From NCBI GenBank assembly GCA_016184225.1, contig JACPDA010000004.1, forward strand, positions 672,316 to 736,315: 64,000 nucleotides of DNA. The letters are read 5' to 3'. The notes below the pieces were generated by a model. That model made no database searches. It was given only the letters and a program-made list of their open reading frames with translations, and had not been told where the DNA came from. This document shows positions 29,939-39,293 of the stretch, piece after piece. The stretch comes from Candidatus Daviesbacteria bacterium. GTDB lineage: Bacteria; Patescibacteriota; Microgenomatia; Daviesbacterales; UBA10151. A program made the translations under genes and the position numbers. Position 1 is the stretch's first letter, and every line of letters starts with the position of its first letter.

Positions 29939-31876
29939 TTATCCCAAAGCTCCTAGGACAGCACTAATGCCTTCTTTGTTCAAAATCTTAAGTTTTTGAC
30001 CGGCAGGGATATAACGTAAAGCCGCCAGAAGTTTTCGCAAAGCTTCTTTATCTCCTGTTTGGGCTTTAGCCACTAAGTCATTTATCTCTGTAAGTCCCAC
30101 CGGAAACGGGCTTTCCGGGATATTATGATTAGCAGCCATCTGCTGCCACATATCTGTCAGCATATCATTATTAGCCGCAATATGTGCCCCCAGCATTGGA
30201 GCATCAGCACCGGTCCAGGTGACCTGATATCCTGCATCTTGGAGCATTTGGCCGACATTACTACCTTGGGCAATTGCCTGGTCGACAAATAAATCAGGTG
30301 CCGTCTCCAGAGCAGAAGAAACATTTTGTGTCAAGGCTTCTGTCACTTGAGTTTGTTCATTAATAGCTTGTTGAGCAACTTCAGTCAATTGCTGGTGGGT
30401 GGCATCTTGAGCCAGCCAGGATTCAAAGGCATTTTGGCCTGCTTCAGCCCCACCACTTACATCATAAACGGCATTTGCTTTCTCTTCCAAAGCATGCTGG
30501 ACCGCCTGATGTGCTCTATCTATGGCTGCCTGATCAATATCTGCCAGGGTGTGATTGCTTTGCTCTAAGGCTTTTTTGACAACTTCATCCTGCATTGAAG
30601 GCAAAACTTTACCTACCTCTGCTGCCTTATCCTCTAGTAGCAGATCAATAGCACCCGTTTCTGTCGGCAGGGGAGCGGCTGGAGACGACACTAAAGGAGC
30701 GGGCGGAGGTTGTACAATGTCCGGACTACCAGCTTGGGCAGGCGTTTCAGGACCAAACGGGGCAGCAGCCGGCGGTTGTGCCAAGGTAGGTGCGGGGGTG
30801 GGAAAAGCTGTAACGGGAGGGACTTCGGTTGGGGTAGCTAAAACTTCTAAATTACCACCCGGTAAACCACCCGGTCCTGCTGCAATAGTAGGTGTAGCAG
30901 TTGGGCTGGCTATTGTTTCAGTTGCTGGTCCTGGTGCTGCGGTGGCAGTAGGTATCTTAGGTGCTTCACCCCCCACCAAACCAGCTGGCATCTTGGGTGG
31001 AGGGGTCCCTGTTGCTGTTGCTGTAAATGCTTCTTTGCCTACTTCAGAAACAATACTACCCAAAGATAGGTACATTGCTCCGGCAGATAACCCTAAAGCA
31101 AAATCCTTAATTCTTTGGTGAGCCTTACCGTATTTTTCAGCAATCTTAGCCATCTCTTCATCCATACTTGCCGGATACAATTTGAGTAGTCTTTGCATTC
31201 GGGCCTCTTCACGGGCGCGGGGCAAATTCAGTACCAAATGTGTACCTTGGGTAATGGCTAAATTCAATCCGGCTTTAGCAAATCCTTTTAACGGGAGTGG
31301 TAAAGCTATAAAAGCCGCGCTTTCAGCAGCACCGACTCCAAACCCGATCCTCCATAACCAATCCTTTTGAACAAAATTTTTGGGATTTAAATTCTCAGCC
31401 CAATGTCTAAAGCCAATTCCAACAGCTTGTTTAAGTTCGCCACTGCTAATAACCTGACCAATCCCGCCTGCCTTTTCTCCAATCCCACCTCCAATCCTTC
31501 CTGCTGTATCACCAATGGTCCGACCGACCACCCCTGCAGCATCCCCAACTTTACCTAATCCTTTTTTGAAAAAACCTGGCCGCGCAGCTGATACACCTGA
31601 TAATTGTTCTTCTAAGGCGCCCTCTCGCAGTTCCCTTCTTTTTTCTTCAGGCGATCCAGCTCCACCGCTCTGATCGCCTGTGCCAGGATCAGGAAAGGTT
31701 TGCTCCATAAACTTATCAGCAGCTTGTTCAGCAGCACCTGGATTAACTGATGATGGTTCTCCATCAGGCATTGGTATTCTCCCTCTTTCCATAATAATGC
31801 AGGATATACCCCTCTTGTCAAATTTGCAAACAGTTCCTAAGAATAGGATAATAAAAAATATATGGAAATGGACCAA
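29939..31876 (-). CDS. large hypothetical protein with Gly-rich N-terminal region, central Pro/Ala/Thr-rich linker and helical C-terminal domain
   Basis: Long ORF. The internal Met at 31792 (MERGRIPM) is a possible true start. No family recognised. Confidence 0.45.
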   Translation of the reverse strand: MVHFHIFFIILFLGTVCKFDKRGISCIIMERGRIPMPDGEPSSVNPGAAEQAADKFMEQTFPDPGTGDQSGGAGSPEEKRRELREGALEEQLSGVSAARPGFFKKGLGKVGDAAGVVGRTIGDTAGRIGGGIGEKAGGIGQVISSGELKQAVGIGFRHWAENLNPKNFVQKDWLWRIGFGVGAAESAAFIALPLPLKGFAKAGLNLAITQGTHLVLNLPRAREEARMQRLLKLYPASMDEEMAKIAEKYGKAHQRIKDFALGLSAGAMYLSLGSIVSEVGKEAFTATATGTPPPKMPAGLVGGEAPKIPTATAAPGPATETIASPTATPTIAAGPGGLPGGNLEVLATPTEVPPVTAFPTPAPTLAQPPAAAPFGPETPAQAGSPDIVQPPPAPLVSSPAAPLPTETGAIDLLLEDKAAEVGKVLPSMQDEVVKKALEQSNHTLADIDQAAIDRAHQAVQHALEEKANAVYDVSGGAEAGQNAFESWLAQDATHQQLTEVAQQAINEQTQVTEALTQNVSSALETAPDLFVDQAIAQGSNVGQMLQDAGYQVTWTGADAPMLGAHIAANNDMLTDMWQQMAANHNIPESPFPVGLTEINDLVAKAQTGDKEALRKLLAALRYIPAGQKLKILNKEGISAVLGALG

Positions 31877-34381
31877 GAATCAGCTCCTGCGGCCCCTAGA
31901 AATCCAAGGGAAGTCTGGAACCAGTTAAAACAGGACCAGAGAGCGGGAAATATTCCTGCTGTTCTTCAAGGAATTTACACCCTTGACCAAATCTCTATCC
32001 CTTCTTCCCAAGACCCTAACCAGGAAATACCACTTACTCAAACTCCACAACTTGAGGCCTATCTTAAAACTGTGGTCGGCCCAACAAAACATGTCCAAGA
32101 AGCACTCCGATTGAATCTTCAAAAAGCAGATGAAGAAAAAGACTCACGGTATGCGGAAAAAACCCTTCGTCTGGCAGAGCTGCTGGGGATAGACCTGCCT
32201 TTAACAGCAGAGCCTCCACCCGCAGAAGCCCCTGCCCCAGATATCTTACCAAATCCATTCCTAGAGCCGAAAACAGCAGAACTAGTCACCCCAGCTGGAG
32301 CAGAACACGCCATACCAGAAACAGCACCAGCCCCAGGAACACTTCCAGGACAAACTCCTGTCTTGCGAGAAGTAGAAAAAATACCCCTGTCCCCAGAACG
32401 CCTAGTTGCGGAAGAGACAGCAATCCAACAGGTACAGGGTCTAGGCAACCAAATGACACGTTTTGGTCTGACTGAACAAGAACTTATTAACTTACAGGCA
32501 GAAATCAGTAAGATGTCTGATGCCGAACTCCAGCATTTTACCGAACGGATCATCCGGGAAAGGTATCGGGTTCAGACAGATAAACTTGGGGTCAGAATGC
32601 CCCAAGGGGATTTCTTGCCGGTTGACGGCCAAAAAATTACATCTTTTTGGGATGAAGAAGGTACTATTCAACCATCGCATGCAGATCCGGAGGAGGTAGA
32701 AAAAAGGCTTCCCAAAGTAGGTTTTTGGGGGGGCAATGATGGGGCTTTAACTTTTGTCGGACCCGACGGGAGGTATTGGGTGGGGTTTGGATCAGATGAA
32801 AATATCAAGGCTCTTGAGGCCGCCGGATACAAAAATTCTGGTCAACATGGTGTTGACGCAAATCGGGTAAATAATATCATGAATGCAGACTGCGCCTTTG
32901 CTGACCCGGATTTACAAACACAGTGGGAAACATACCTTAGTCCTACTGACTCCTTGATCCAGCCGGATAAAAGGGAAAATGAGGCACTCGAAGAAAAAGC
33001 AGAGAGATTATTGAGGAGTGTAACCAGGGCAGAGTTTGCTTCATTCCAAGAATATAGTTTAGTTTCAAACCGCTCTGGAAAAGGTTTTGTCAGCATGAGA
33101 CCGCAGCCCTATGTAGGCCGTGAATATCCACATAATTCATATCCGGAGAACTATCAAGACTCTGATCTAATAAATAGTGAATTTGGGAAGCGTTCCTGGT
33201 ATATTCCTATTTCAATAGCTCGCTTGATTGATCCGGCTCTTGTTACAGAAAGAATGGGGCAGCCTGATACTGAATGGGGAGAACTATATTGTGTAGTGGG
33301 GAGAAGGGAGGGAAGGGTAATTATTCAAGGAGGGGGTAAAATGCATCCGGATTTTGCTCATAGACCAAATTATAGTTCCTTCAAATTAGTATTTGATTCA
33401 GAAGATGCTGCAAATGAATACATCAGTTGGTTGGTAAAAGATCCTAAAGAGGCGTATGGTCCCGTACTTAGGCGGGCAATTGGAAACTATGATGAGCAGG
33501 GGAATTTCAGGCAGGCATTAATACCTCCAAAAGAATTTAATATGGGAAAAGAAAGATTTTCTGATCCATTTTCAGTTGTACCAAATAAAGTTTTAGTAAA
33601 AGACTTAAGAACATCCGATGTTACTTCAACCACAGCAATTCCTAACCAAAGACCCTTTGGAAGTGATGTAGTGTTGGAAGAAATTCCCCAACCTCAACCA
33701 GCCGACTCCGAGCAGATTACTTTAACTCCAGAAATCCGCACTCAACTTGAACCCCTCTTTAACCAGCTTCGCGAAGCCTATGCATCAAAACCAGAAGAAA
33801 CGAACGCTACTTATAGACAACATATAAATTATCTTGAAGAAAGAATAGAAAGACTTCTAGGACTGCAGGCAGATGCTAATAGTAACACCCGTAAGGCAGA
33901 GTCTAACAAACATGCATATGGCTACACTAGCGATAAACCTTTGTTTAGACTCCGCAGAATTATAGAAACTGCAGAAAGAAAACCTGGTACCCTCGAGAGA
34001 TTTTTTGATCAGTTTTCTCCAGATATGCAGGAAGCACTCAGACAATATTATGAAGCACAACAGGCAATTAGTAGGGGTGAAGATGGAAAATGGGGTGATT
34101 CTGATCAGGCTCAACGCACCCTTTTGGATTTGATATCACAACAAATAGGCACCAGTGAAGACCTAAGTATTAATTCTATCAAATTTGAAGAAAGGAAATC
34201 TGAATTTACTGCTCTTCTTGAAAAAGGCAGAATCATACCGATCGAAGACTTAGCCCAAGCCTTAGCTGCAAGAAACCGTGCTGAAATTGCCATGCTTCGA
34301 TCCTACTATGACATGTTTCTAAAAGAAGCGGATTTCTTCCTGGAAGCAGCTAAAAAAGCAAAGATTAACCTCGAAACCTGA
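31862..34381 (+). CDS. large hypothetical protein (839 aa) with Pro-rich N-terminal third
   Basis: Long ORF divergent from the 645-aa ORF. No family recognised. Confidence 0.45.
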   Translation: MEMDQESAPAAPRNPREVWNQLKQDQRAGNIPAVLQGIYTLDQISIPSSQDPNQEIPLTQTPQLEAYLKTVVGPTKHVQEALRLNLQKADEEKDSRYAEKTLRLAELLGIDLPLTAEPPPAEAPAPDILPNPFLEPKTAELVTPAGAEHAIPETAPAPGTLPGQTPVLREVEKIPLSPERLVAEETAIQQVQGLGNQMTRFGLTEQELINLQAEISKMSDAELQHFTERIIRERYRVQTDKLGVRMPQGDFLPVDGQKITSFWDEEGTIQPSHADPEEVEKRLPKVGFWGGNDGALTFVGPDGRYWVGFGSDENIKALEAAGYKNSGQHGVDANRVNNIMNADCAFADPDLQTQWETYLSPTDSLIQPDKRENEALEEKAERLLRSVTRAEFASFQEYSLVSNRSGKGFVSMRPQPYVGREYPHNSYPENYQDSDLINSEFGKRSWYIPISIARLIDPALVTERMGQPDTEWGELYCVVGRREGRVIIQGGGKMHPDFAHRPNYSSFKLVFDSEDAANEYISWLVKDPKEAYGPVLRRAIGNYDEQGNFRQALIPPKEFNMGKERFSDPFSVVPNKVLVKDLRTSDVTSTTAIPNQRPFGSDVVLEEIPQPQPADSEQITLTPEIRTQLEPLFNQLREAYASKPEETNATYRQHINYLEERIERLLGLQADANSNTRKAESNKHAYGYTSDKPLFRLRRIIETAERKPGTLERFFDQFSPDMQEALRQYYEAQQAISRGEDGKWGDSDQAQRTLLDLISQQIGTSEDLSINSIKFEERKSEFTALLEKGRIIPIEDLAQALAARNRAEIAMLRSYYDMFLKEADFFLEAAKKAKINLET

Positions 34382-34416
34382 ACTTCCAACACCGGAGAAA
34401 ATCCAGCCTGCAACTC

Positions 34417-34483
34417 ATTCGAGTCTGAGCCTGAGGGCTTCGGCCGTGAGCTCAGCCGAATCGGCTCATCCCTCAGAGTCGAA
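34417..34483. other. GC-rich structured region with nested imperfect inverted repeats (probable terminator or structured RNA)
   Basis: CGAGTCTGAGCCTGAGGG ... CCCTCAGAGTCG outer arms and an inner AGCCGAATCGGCT palindrome, directly 3' of the 839-aa ORF. Confidence 0.4.
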
Positions 34484-34570
34484 GACCTGAAAGGTTGAGG
34501 CAAAGGTTGACGCACGAAATTCTAACAAAAATAGCCTGTTTTTAAACTCAATTTGTGCTAAAATATAGTT

Positions 34571-34873
34571 GTGAAAAAATTACCGGCCTTCTTAAAAAAA
34601 TACTTCTGGGAGATTGACTTTGATGGACTAAATCCGAAGAAATATCCTTACTACATTATCAAAAGAATTCTAAATTATGGAGATGAACGTGCGACCGGAT
34701 GGCTCTTCAGAAATTTTGATAAAGAAGCCATGATATATTCCCTTCAAAATCACCGTGACTACACGAAACGGGCAGCAATATACTGGGGCAAATTTTTCAA
34801 AATGCCGAAAAGAAATATCATGTACTTTAAAAAAGGCTTCCCCAATCCACCCGTACGGCTCTGGCCATATTAG
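34571..34873 (+). CDS. hypothetical basic protein (100 aa)
   Basis: ORF immediately upstream of recG. No family recognised. Confidence 0.35.
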   Translation: MKKLPAFLKKYFWEIDFDGLNPKKYPYYIIKRILNYGDERATGWLFRNFDKEAMIYSLQNHRDYTKRAAIYWGKFFKMPKRNIMYFKKGFPNPPVRLWPY

Positions 34874-34890
34874 GTTGTATAATTAAGCCC

Positions 34891-36975
34891 ATGGAACTTA
34901 AAACCCCGCTTTCTGCTCTTACCGGCATTGGATCCGGGCTTTTATATAAGCTGAAAAGGCTTAACTTAAATACTGTAGAGGATTTGATTTATCATTTTCC
35001 CTTTAGGTATGATGATTTTTCCAATGCCACCTCTGCCCTGGATGCCAAAATAGGGGAGAATGTAACCCTGCAGGGGGAGATTTGGTCCATCCAAAATATC
35101 TATACCAGGTCCAGGAAAATCATTACCAAAGCTATCTTTAATGACGGCACCTCGCCCATAGAGCTCACCTGGTTTAACTCTTCCTGGCTGATCAAGCAGA
35201 TCCAGACAGGTGACAGGCTACAGGTTTCAGGCAAAATCAGTAAATACAAATCCAAATTATCAATTATTGCCCCGCGCTGGGAAAAACTGAATAGCTTTCA
35301 GTCATCAGCTATCAGTCATCAGACTTTGCACACAGGAAGGTTAGTTCCTGTTTATCCTGAAACAGATGGCTTAAGTTCTAAATGGCTTAGGACCAAAATA
35401 GACAAGCTGCTGCCGGAAGTAATAGATCAAATTAGTGATCCTCTACCTGATCAAATCCGGGATAACATGATGCCGCTTAATGATTCCATACAACAAGTAC
35501 ATTTCCCGAAAACTCTAGAACAGGCAGAAAAAGCCCGGGAAAGGTTAGGCTTTGATGAGCTGTTTTATGTCTCTTTGGCCACCCAAAAAGCCAGGGCAGA
35601 GTGGAAGAAAAAACCAATTGTTGAACCATTAAAAATTAATCCTGCAGATATCAGAGATTTTGTGGGTAAACTTCCCTTTAAATTGACCGGCGCCCAAGAA
35701 AAAGTCTTAACGGAAATTCTGGATGACCTGAAGAAAAAACAACCCATGAACAGGTTAGTCCAGGGAGAAGTAGGCTCCGGGAAAACAGTGGTAGCCGCCA
35801 TTATTGCCTATTTGGTCCATAAAAATAACCTGCGTACCTTGTTTATGGCCCCCACGGAAATTCTGGCCTTCCAACACTTTGAAACTCTTTCCAAACTCCT
35901 CGAACCATTCGGGGTCAAAGTGGGAATATACACAGGAAGTAAGAAGAGTCTAGAGTCAAGAGTCAAGAGTCAAGGGAAGAAACAATCTAGACTCTCGACT
36001 CTAGCGACTAGCCACTATCCCGATATAATCATCGGCACCCATGCCCTTTTGTCCCAAAAACTTTCCACCGACAATGTCGGACTAATCATCATTGACGAGC
36101 AACAGCGTTTTGGGGTCGAGCAAAGAACACTTTTGCGGGGAAAAGCCAAAATTCCGCATTTCCTGACCATGACAGCCACCCCCATCCCCAGGACAGTAGC
36201 CCTAACCTTGTACGGTGATCTGGATATGTCAGTCATTGATGAGATGCCGGTGGGAAGACAAAGGGTCAAAACCTATGTAGTACCCGAAAAAAAGCGGCTT
36301 GATTCATATAAATTTATTGCCAAAAGGGTAGCTGAAGGAGACCAGATTTATATCATCACCCCCTTAATAGAAGCATCCGAGACCCTAGTCAGCGTCAAAG
36401 CAGCCAAAGTAGAGTTTGAGAAACTAAAGAAGGTTTTTCCTTCTCTTAATCTGGACCTGCTTCATGGCAGAATGAAAGGAGTTGATAAAGATCAGATAGT
36501 CAAGGATTTTCGCTCCGGCAAAACCCAGATTCTGGTTTCCACCTCTGTGGTAGAAGTGGGCATGGATAACCCTAATGCCACCATTATTGTCATTGAAGGC
36601 GCAGAACGATTCGGCCTGGCCCAGCTTCACCAACTTCGAGGAAGAGTTGGCAGAGGAGAAAAGCAGTCTTATTGCCTGCTTTATACATCAAATTATTCAA
36701 GCGATGAAAGAAGAAGATTGAAATACCTGGAAACTACTTTTGATGGTTTGAAACTGGCTGAGCTGGATTTAAAGATCCGGGGCAGCGGGCAAATTTTTGG
36801 GACTTTGCAGTCAGGCAGATTTGAGTTCAAGATAGCGAGCTTCCATAATATCACACTCCTGGAGAAAACCAAGCAGGCAGCCAAAGATCTGTTGGACTCT
36901 GATCCCGCTCTTGACAAACACCCGCTGCTCAAGGCAAAATTACAGGATATCTCATCAGCAGTGATGCCTGACTGA
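34891..36975 (+). CDS. recG: ATP-dependent DNA helicase RecG with in-frame REP insertion
   Basis: Wedge-domain N-terminus, helicase motifs (GEVGSGKT, DEQQRFG, TATPIPRT, QLRGRVGRG). Extra segment SKKSLESRVKSQGKKQSRLSTLATS is encoded by the family-E REP at 35944-36012. Confidence 0.9.
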   Translation: MELKTPLSALTGIGSGLLYKLKRLNLNTVEDLIYHFPFRYDDFSNATSALDAKIGENVTLQGEIWSIQNIYTRSRKIITKAIFNDGTSPIELTWFNSSWLIKQIQTGDRLQVSGKISKYKSKLSIIAPRWEKLNSFQSSAISHQTLHTGRLVPVYPETDGLSSKWLRTKIDKLLPEVIDQISDPLPDQIRDNMMPLNDSIQQVHFPKTLEQAEKARERLGFDELFYVSLATQKARAEWKKKPIVEPLKINPADIRDFVGKLPFKLTGAQEKVLTEILDDLKKKQPMNRLVQGEVGSGKTVVAAIIAYLVHKNNLRTLFMAPTEILAFQHFETLSKLLEPFGVKVGIYTGSKKSLESRVKSQGKKQSRLSTLATSHYPDIIIGTHALLSQKLSTDNVGLIIIDEQQRFGVEQRTLLRGKAKIPHFLTMTATPIPRTVALTLYGDLDMSVIDEMPVGRQRVKTYVVPEKKRLDSYKFIAKRVAEGDQIYIITPLIEASETLVSVKAAKVEFEKLKKVFPSLNLDLLHGRMKGVDKDQIVKDFRSGKTQILVSTSVVEVGMDNPNATIIVIEGAERFGLAQLHQLRGRVGRGEKQSYCLLYTSNYSSDERRRLKYLETTFDGLKLAELDLKIRGSGQIFGTLQSGRFEFKIASFHNITLLEKTKQAAKDLLDSDPALDKHPLLKAKLQDISSAVMPD
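35944..36012. repeat. REP-like element, family E, inside recG
   Basis: AGAGTCTAGAGTCAAGAGTCAAGAGTCAAGGGAAGAAACAATCTAGACTCTCGACTCTAGCGACTAG. Confidence 0.8.
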
Positions 36976-36984
36976 TACCTAACT

Positions 36985-37179
36985 ATGGCTGGTGAACCAA
37001 AACGAAGACATTCCAAAGCACGAAAAAGAACACGCAGGGCTGCAATTAAATTAGCAGTTAACTTGGTCAATTGTAAAAACTGCGGCAAGCTGACTTTGCC
37101 CCACATTGTTTGTAAAGAGTGTGGATTTTACGGCGGCAAGGCTGTTGCAAAAGAAAAAGTCCAGGTTGTTAAAGCATGA
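36985..37179 (+). CDS. rpmF: 50S ribosomal protein L32 (zinc-ribbon type)
   Basis: N-terminal PKRRHSKARKRTRRA and a CxxC...CxxC zinc ribbon. Confidence 0.8.
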   Translation: MAGEPKRRHSKARKRTRRAAIKLAVNLVNCKNCGKLTLPHIVCKECGFYGGKAVAKEKVQVVKA

Positions 37180-37541
37180 AGAGAAAATCTGACCCAAGGC
37201 ACCTAAAAAGAGTTGCTATCATGCAGGATCTGTTCTCCTGGCAATTTAAGAAAACCCAAAAGGTTACTCTTAAGATTCGCCCGATCGTTGCCAGACTTCC
37301 CAAAATCGACAAACTGATCAAGAAATCTGCCCCTGACCGGCCTATCTCTGAAATCAACAGAATTGATTTAGCTATCTTGCGTCTGGCAGTTTTTGAGATT
37401 ATATTAAATAAAGGGGTTCCCCCGAAGGTCGCCATTGATGAAGCAATAGAGTTAGGTAAAGAGTATGGCTCAGACTCATCTGCAAGTTTTATTAATGGGG
37501 CTTTGGGAAAACTCTTAGAAATGGAAGATATTCAAACATGA
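37176..37541 (+). CDS. nusB: transcription antitermination factor NusB-like
   Basis: The C-terminal region AIDEAIELGKEYGSDSSASFINGALGKL matches the NusB signature. Confidence 0.65.
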   Translation: MKRKSDPRHLKRVAIMQDLFSWQFKKTQKVTLKIRPIVARLPKIDKLIKKSAPDRPISEINRIDLAILRLAVFEIILNKGVPPKVAIDEAIELGKEYGSDSSASFINGALGKLLEMEDIQT

Positions 37542-37774
37542 ATCAGGAAGGAGAAATTCTCCAGGCTATAGCGGATCATTTGGGTCTTTCTGTGGAAGAC
37601 TTGGACCGCAATAGCTTGTTGAAAGAAGAACTGAATTTAGGTCTCATTGAACTAAATGACTTACTTTCCGATTTATCGCAGAAGTTTGACGTTAGCTTAA
37701 GTCCGGAAGAAATAGAAGATTTAAAAAAAGTAAACGATATAATTGTTCTTATCGAAGATAATTTATTAGACTAA
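37538..37774 (+). CDS. acyl-carrier-protein-like small acidic protein lacking the conserved phosphopantetheine Ser
   Basis: ACP-like size and helical pattern (LSVEDLDRNSLLKEELNLGLIELNDLL). The DSL serine is replaced. Confidence 0.35.
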   Translation: MNQEGEILQAIADHLGLSVEDLDRNSLLKEELNLGLIELNDLLSDLSQKFDVSLSPEEIEDLKKVNDIIVLIEDNLLD

Positions 37775-38463
37775 TGCCAAACAATGATTTTACACAGCTT
37801 CTCAGTTTACTTGATATAAGATTTAAAAAACCAAAACTTTTGCAACAAGCTTTTTTACACAGATCCTACTTAAATGAAGTTAAAATAGACACTCCATCAA
37901 ACGAGCGTTTGGAATTCCTGGGTGATTCGGTCCTTTCTCTGGTAATCTCTTATTACCTCTACACTTTAAGACCGACGGATTCCGAGGGTGAGTTAACCAA
38001 CCTCAGGGCTCATCTGGTAAAGACAAAATCTTTGGCAGAAGCTGCAGGCAACCTAAAGTTAGGAAACTACTTGAAACTCTCAAGAGGAGAAGAAATTTCC
38101 GGAGGAAGGAACAATCCGCAACTTCTGGCAAATACCTATGAAGCTTTACTAGGAGCTGCTTTTTTAGACCAAGGACTGGAGGCGGCCAAAAAGGTTATAG
38201 ACAAAACACTGTTGCCTCTTTTTGAAAAAGAGCTAAAGTTAGGACCGCCAAAAGATGCAAAATCTAATCTGCAGGAGGTGGTTCAACAAAGATTAAAACA
38301 GTCTCCTCGTTACAGAATTTTAGCAACCACCGGGCCGGATCATGCCAAACAATTTAGCGTAGCAGTATTCGTAGGCGGAAAAGAAATGGGGCGAGGCTTG
38401 GGAGCCAGCAAACAAATTGCCGAAGAGGAAGCAGCCAGACAGGCTCTTTCGCAGTTGACTTAA
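37774..38463 (+). CDS. rnc: ribonuclease III
   Basis: ERLEFLGDSVL signature and a C-terminal dsRBD. Confidence 0.9.
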   Translation: MPNNDFTQLLSLLDIRFKKPKLLQQAFLHRSYLNEVKIDTPSNERLEFLGDSVLSLVISYYLYTLRPTDSEGELTNLRAHLVKTKSLAEAAGNLKLGNYLKLSRGEEISGGRNNPQLLANTYEALLGAAFLDQGLEAAKKVIDKTLLPLFEKELKLGPPKDAKSNLQEVVQQRLKQSPRYRILATTGPDHAKQFSVAVFVGGKEMGRGLGASKQIAEEEAARQALSQLT

Positions 38464-38491
38464 AACTACTCCATCCTCTATACTTATCTCC

Positions 38492-39019
38492 ATGCTAAAA
38501 ATCCGTTTAATGCGAATAGGAGCAAAAAAGAAACCATTCTACCGGGTGGTAGTTTTAGATGAAAGGGCAAAAAGAACCGGTGCTTATATTGAACTGCTGG
38601 GTACTTATAATCCTTTAACAGAGCCCAAGGATATTAAACTAGTCCAAGACAGGATTGATCATTGGATAAAACAGGGAGCACAGCTTTCCACCGGATTTTT
38701 ACGGATCATTGGCAAAGCCCCCCAAAGACCACCCAGAAAGCCTAAGAAAGAGAAAAAGACTGAAGAGCCATCAGCTGTCAGCGATCAGACTTCAGAAAAA
38801 AAAGCTCAAGAAGAGGAGCCAGTAGAGGAAGTAGTCGGAGAAGAGACGAAGTCTAAGTTAGAAAGGCCGGAAGAAGCGAAGTCTGAAGAGCAAAAAGCGG
38901 AAGAAGATGTCATTCTGGGGAGTGAAGCGACTCCAGAATCTAAAGATGATGCTGGACAAGCCAGCATGACAGAAAATAAACCTGAAGAAAGCGAGAAAAA
39001 AGATGAAGGATCTGCTTAA
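38492..39019 (+). CDS. rpsP: 30S ribosomal protein S16 with Lys/Glu-rich C-terminal extension
   Basis: MLKIRLMRIGAKKKPFYRVVV...GTYNPL. Confidence 0.9.
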   Translation: MLKIRLMRIGAKKKPFYRVVVLDERAKRTGAYIELLGTYNPLTEPKDIKLVQDRIDHWIKQGAQLSTGFLRIIGKAPQRPPRKPKKEKKTEEPSAVSDQTSEKKAQEEEPVEEVVGEETKSKLERPEEAKSEEQKAEEDVILGSEATPESKDDAGQASMTENKPEESEKKDEGSA

Positions 39020-39251
39020 TTTTATTGTCACCAGTTTGGTCACCAAACCGGAAGCTGTTATAGTGGATGAACAAAGGGAAGAGGGCAATATTAACCTCAA
39101 CCTGACAGTTGACCCGACCGATATGGGACTCGTGATTGGTAAAGGTGGGCAAACAATAAGGGCAATCCGCAAACTCTTAACTGTCCGTGCTATAGCGGAA
39201 AATGTTAGAGTAAATCTTCAATTAACCGAACCATTAACTGTGTCTACCTAA
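39003..39251 (+). CDS. KH-domain RNA-binding protein (KhpA-like)
   Basis: GxxG loop VIGKGGQTIRAIR. Conserved position between rpsP and trmD. Confidence 0.8.
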   Translation: MKDLLNFIVTSLVTKPEAVIVDEQREEGNINLNLTVDPTDMGLVIGKGGQTIRAIRKLLTVRAIAENVRVNLQLTEPLTVST

Positions 39252-39281
39252 CCCACCCCTGGGGTGTACTAGGTTCACACC
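39241..39281. repeat. REP-like element, family C
   Basis: GTGTCTACCTAACCCACCCCTGGGGTGTACTAGGTTCACAC overlaps the KH gene stop. Near-identical to the copy at 14521. Confidence 0.75.
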
Positions 39282-39293
39282 TAAGGACTTTTT

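Noticed and set aside
30555-31121. 188-aa + strand ORF rich in Ala/Gly/Val
   Set aside because: Antisense shadow of the Pro/Ala-rich linker of the 645-aa minus-strand gene, with no independent support.
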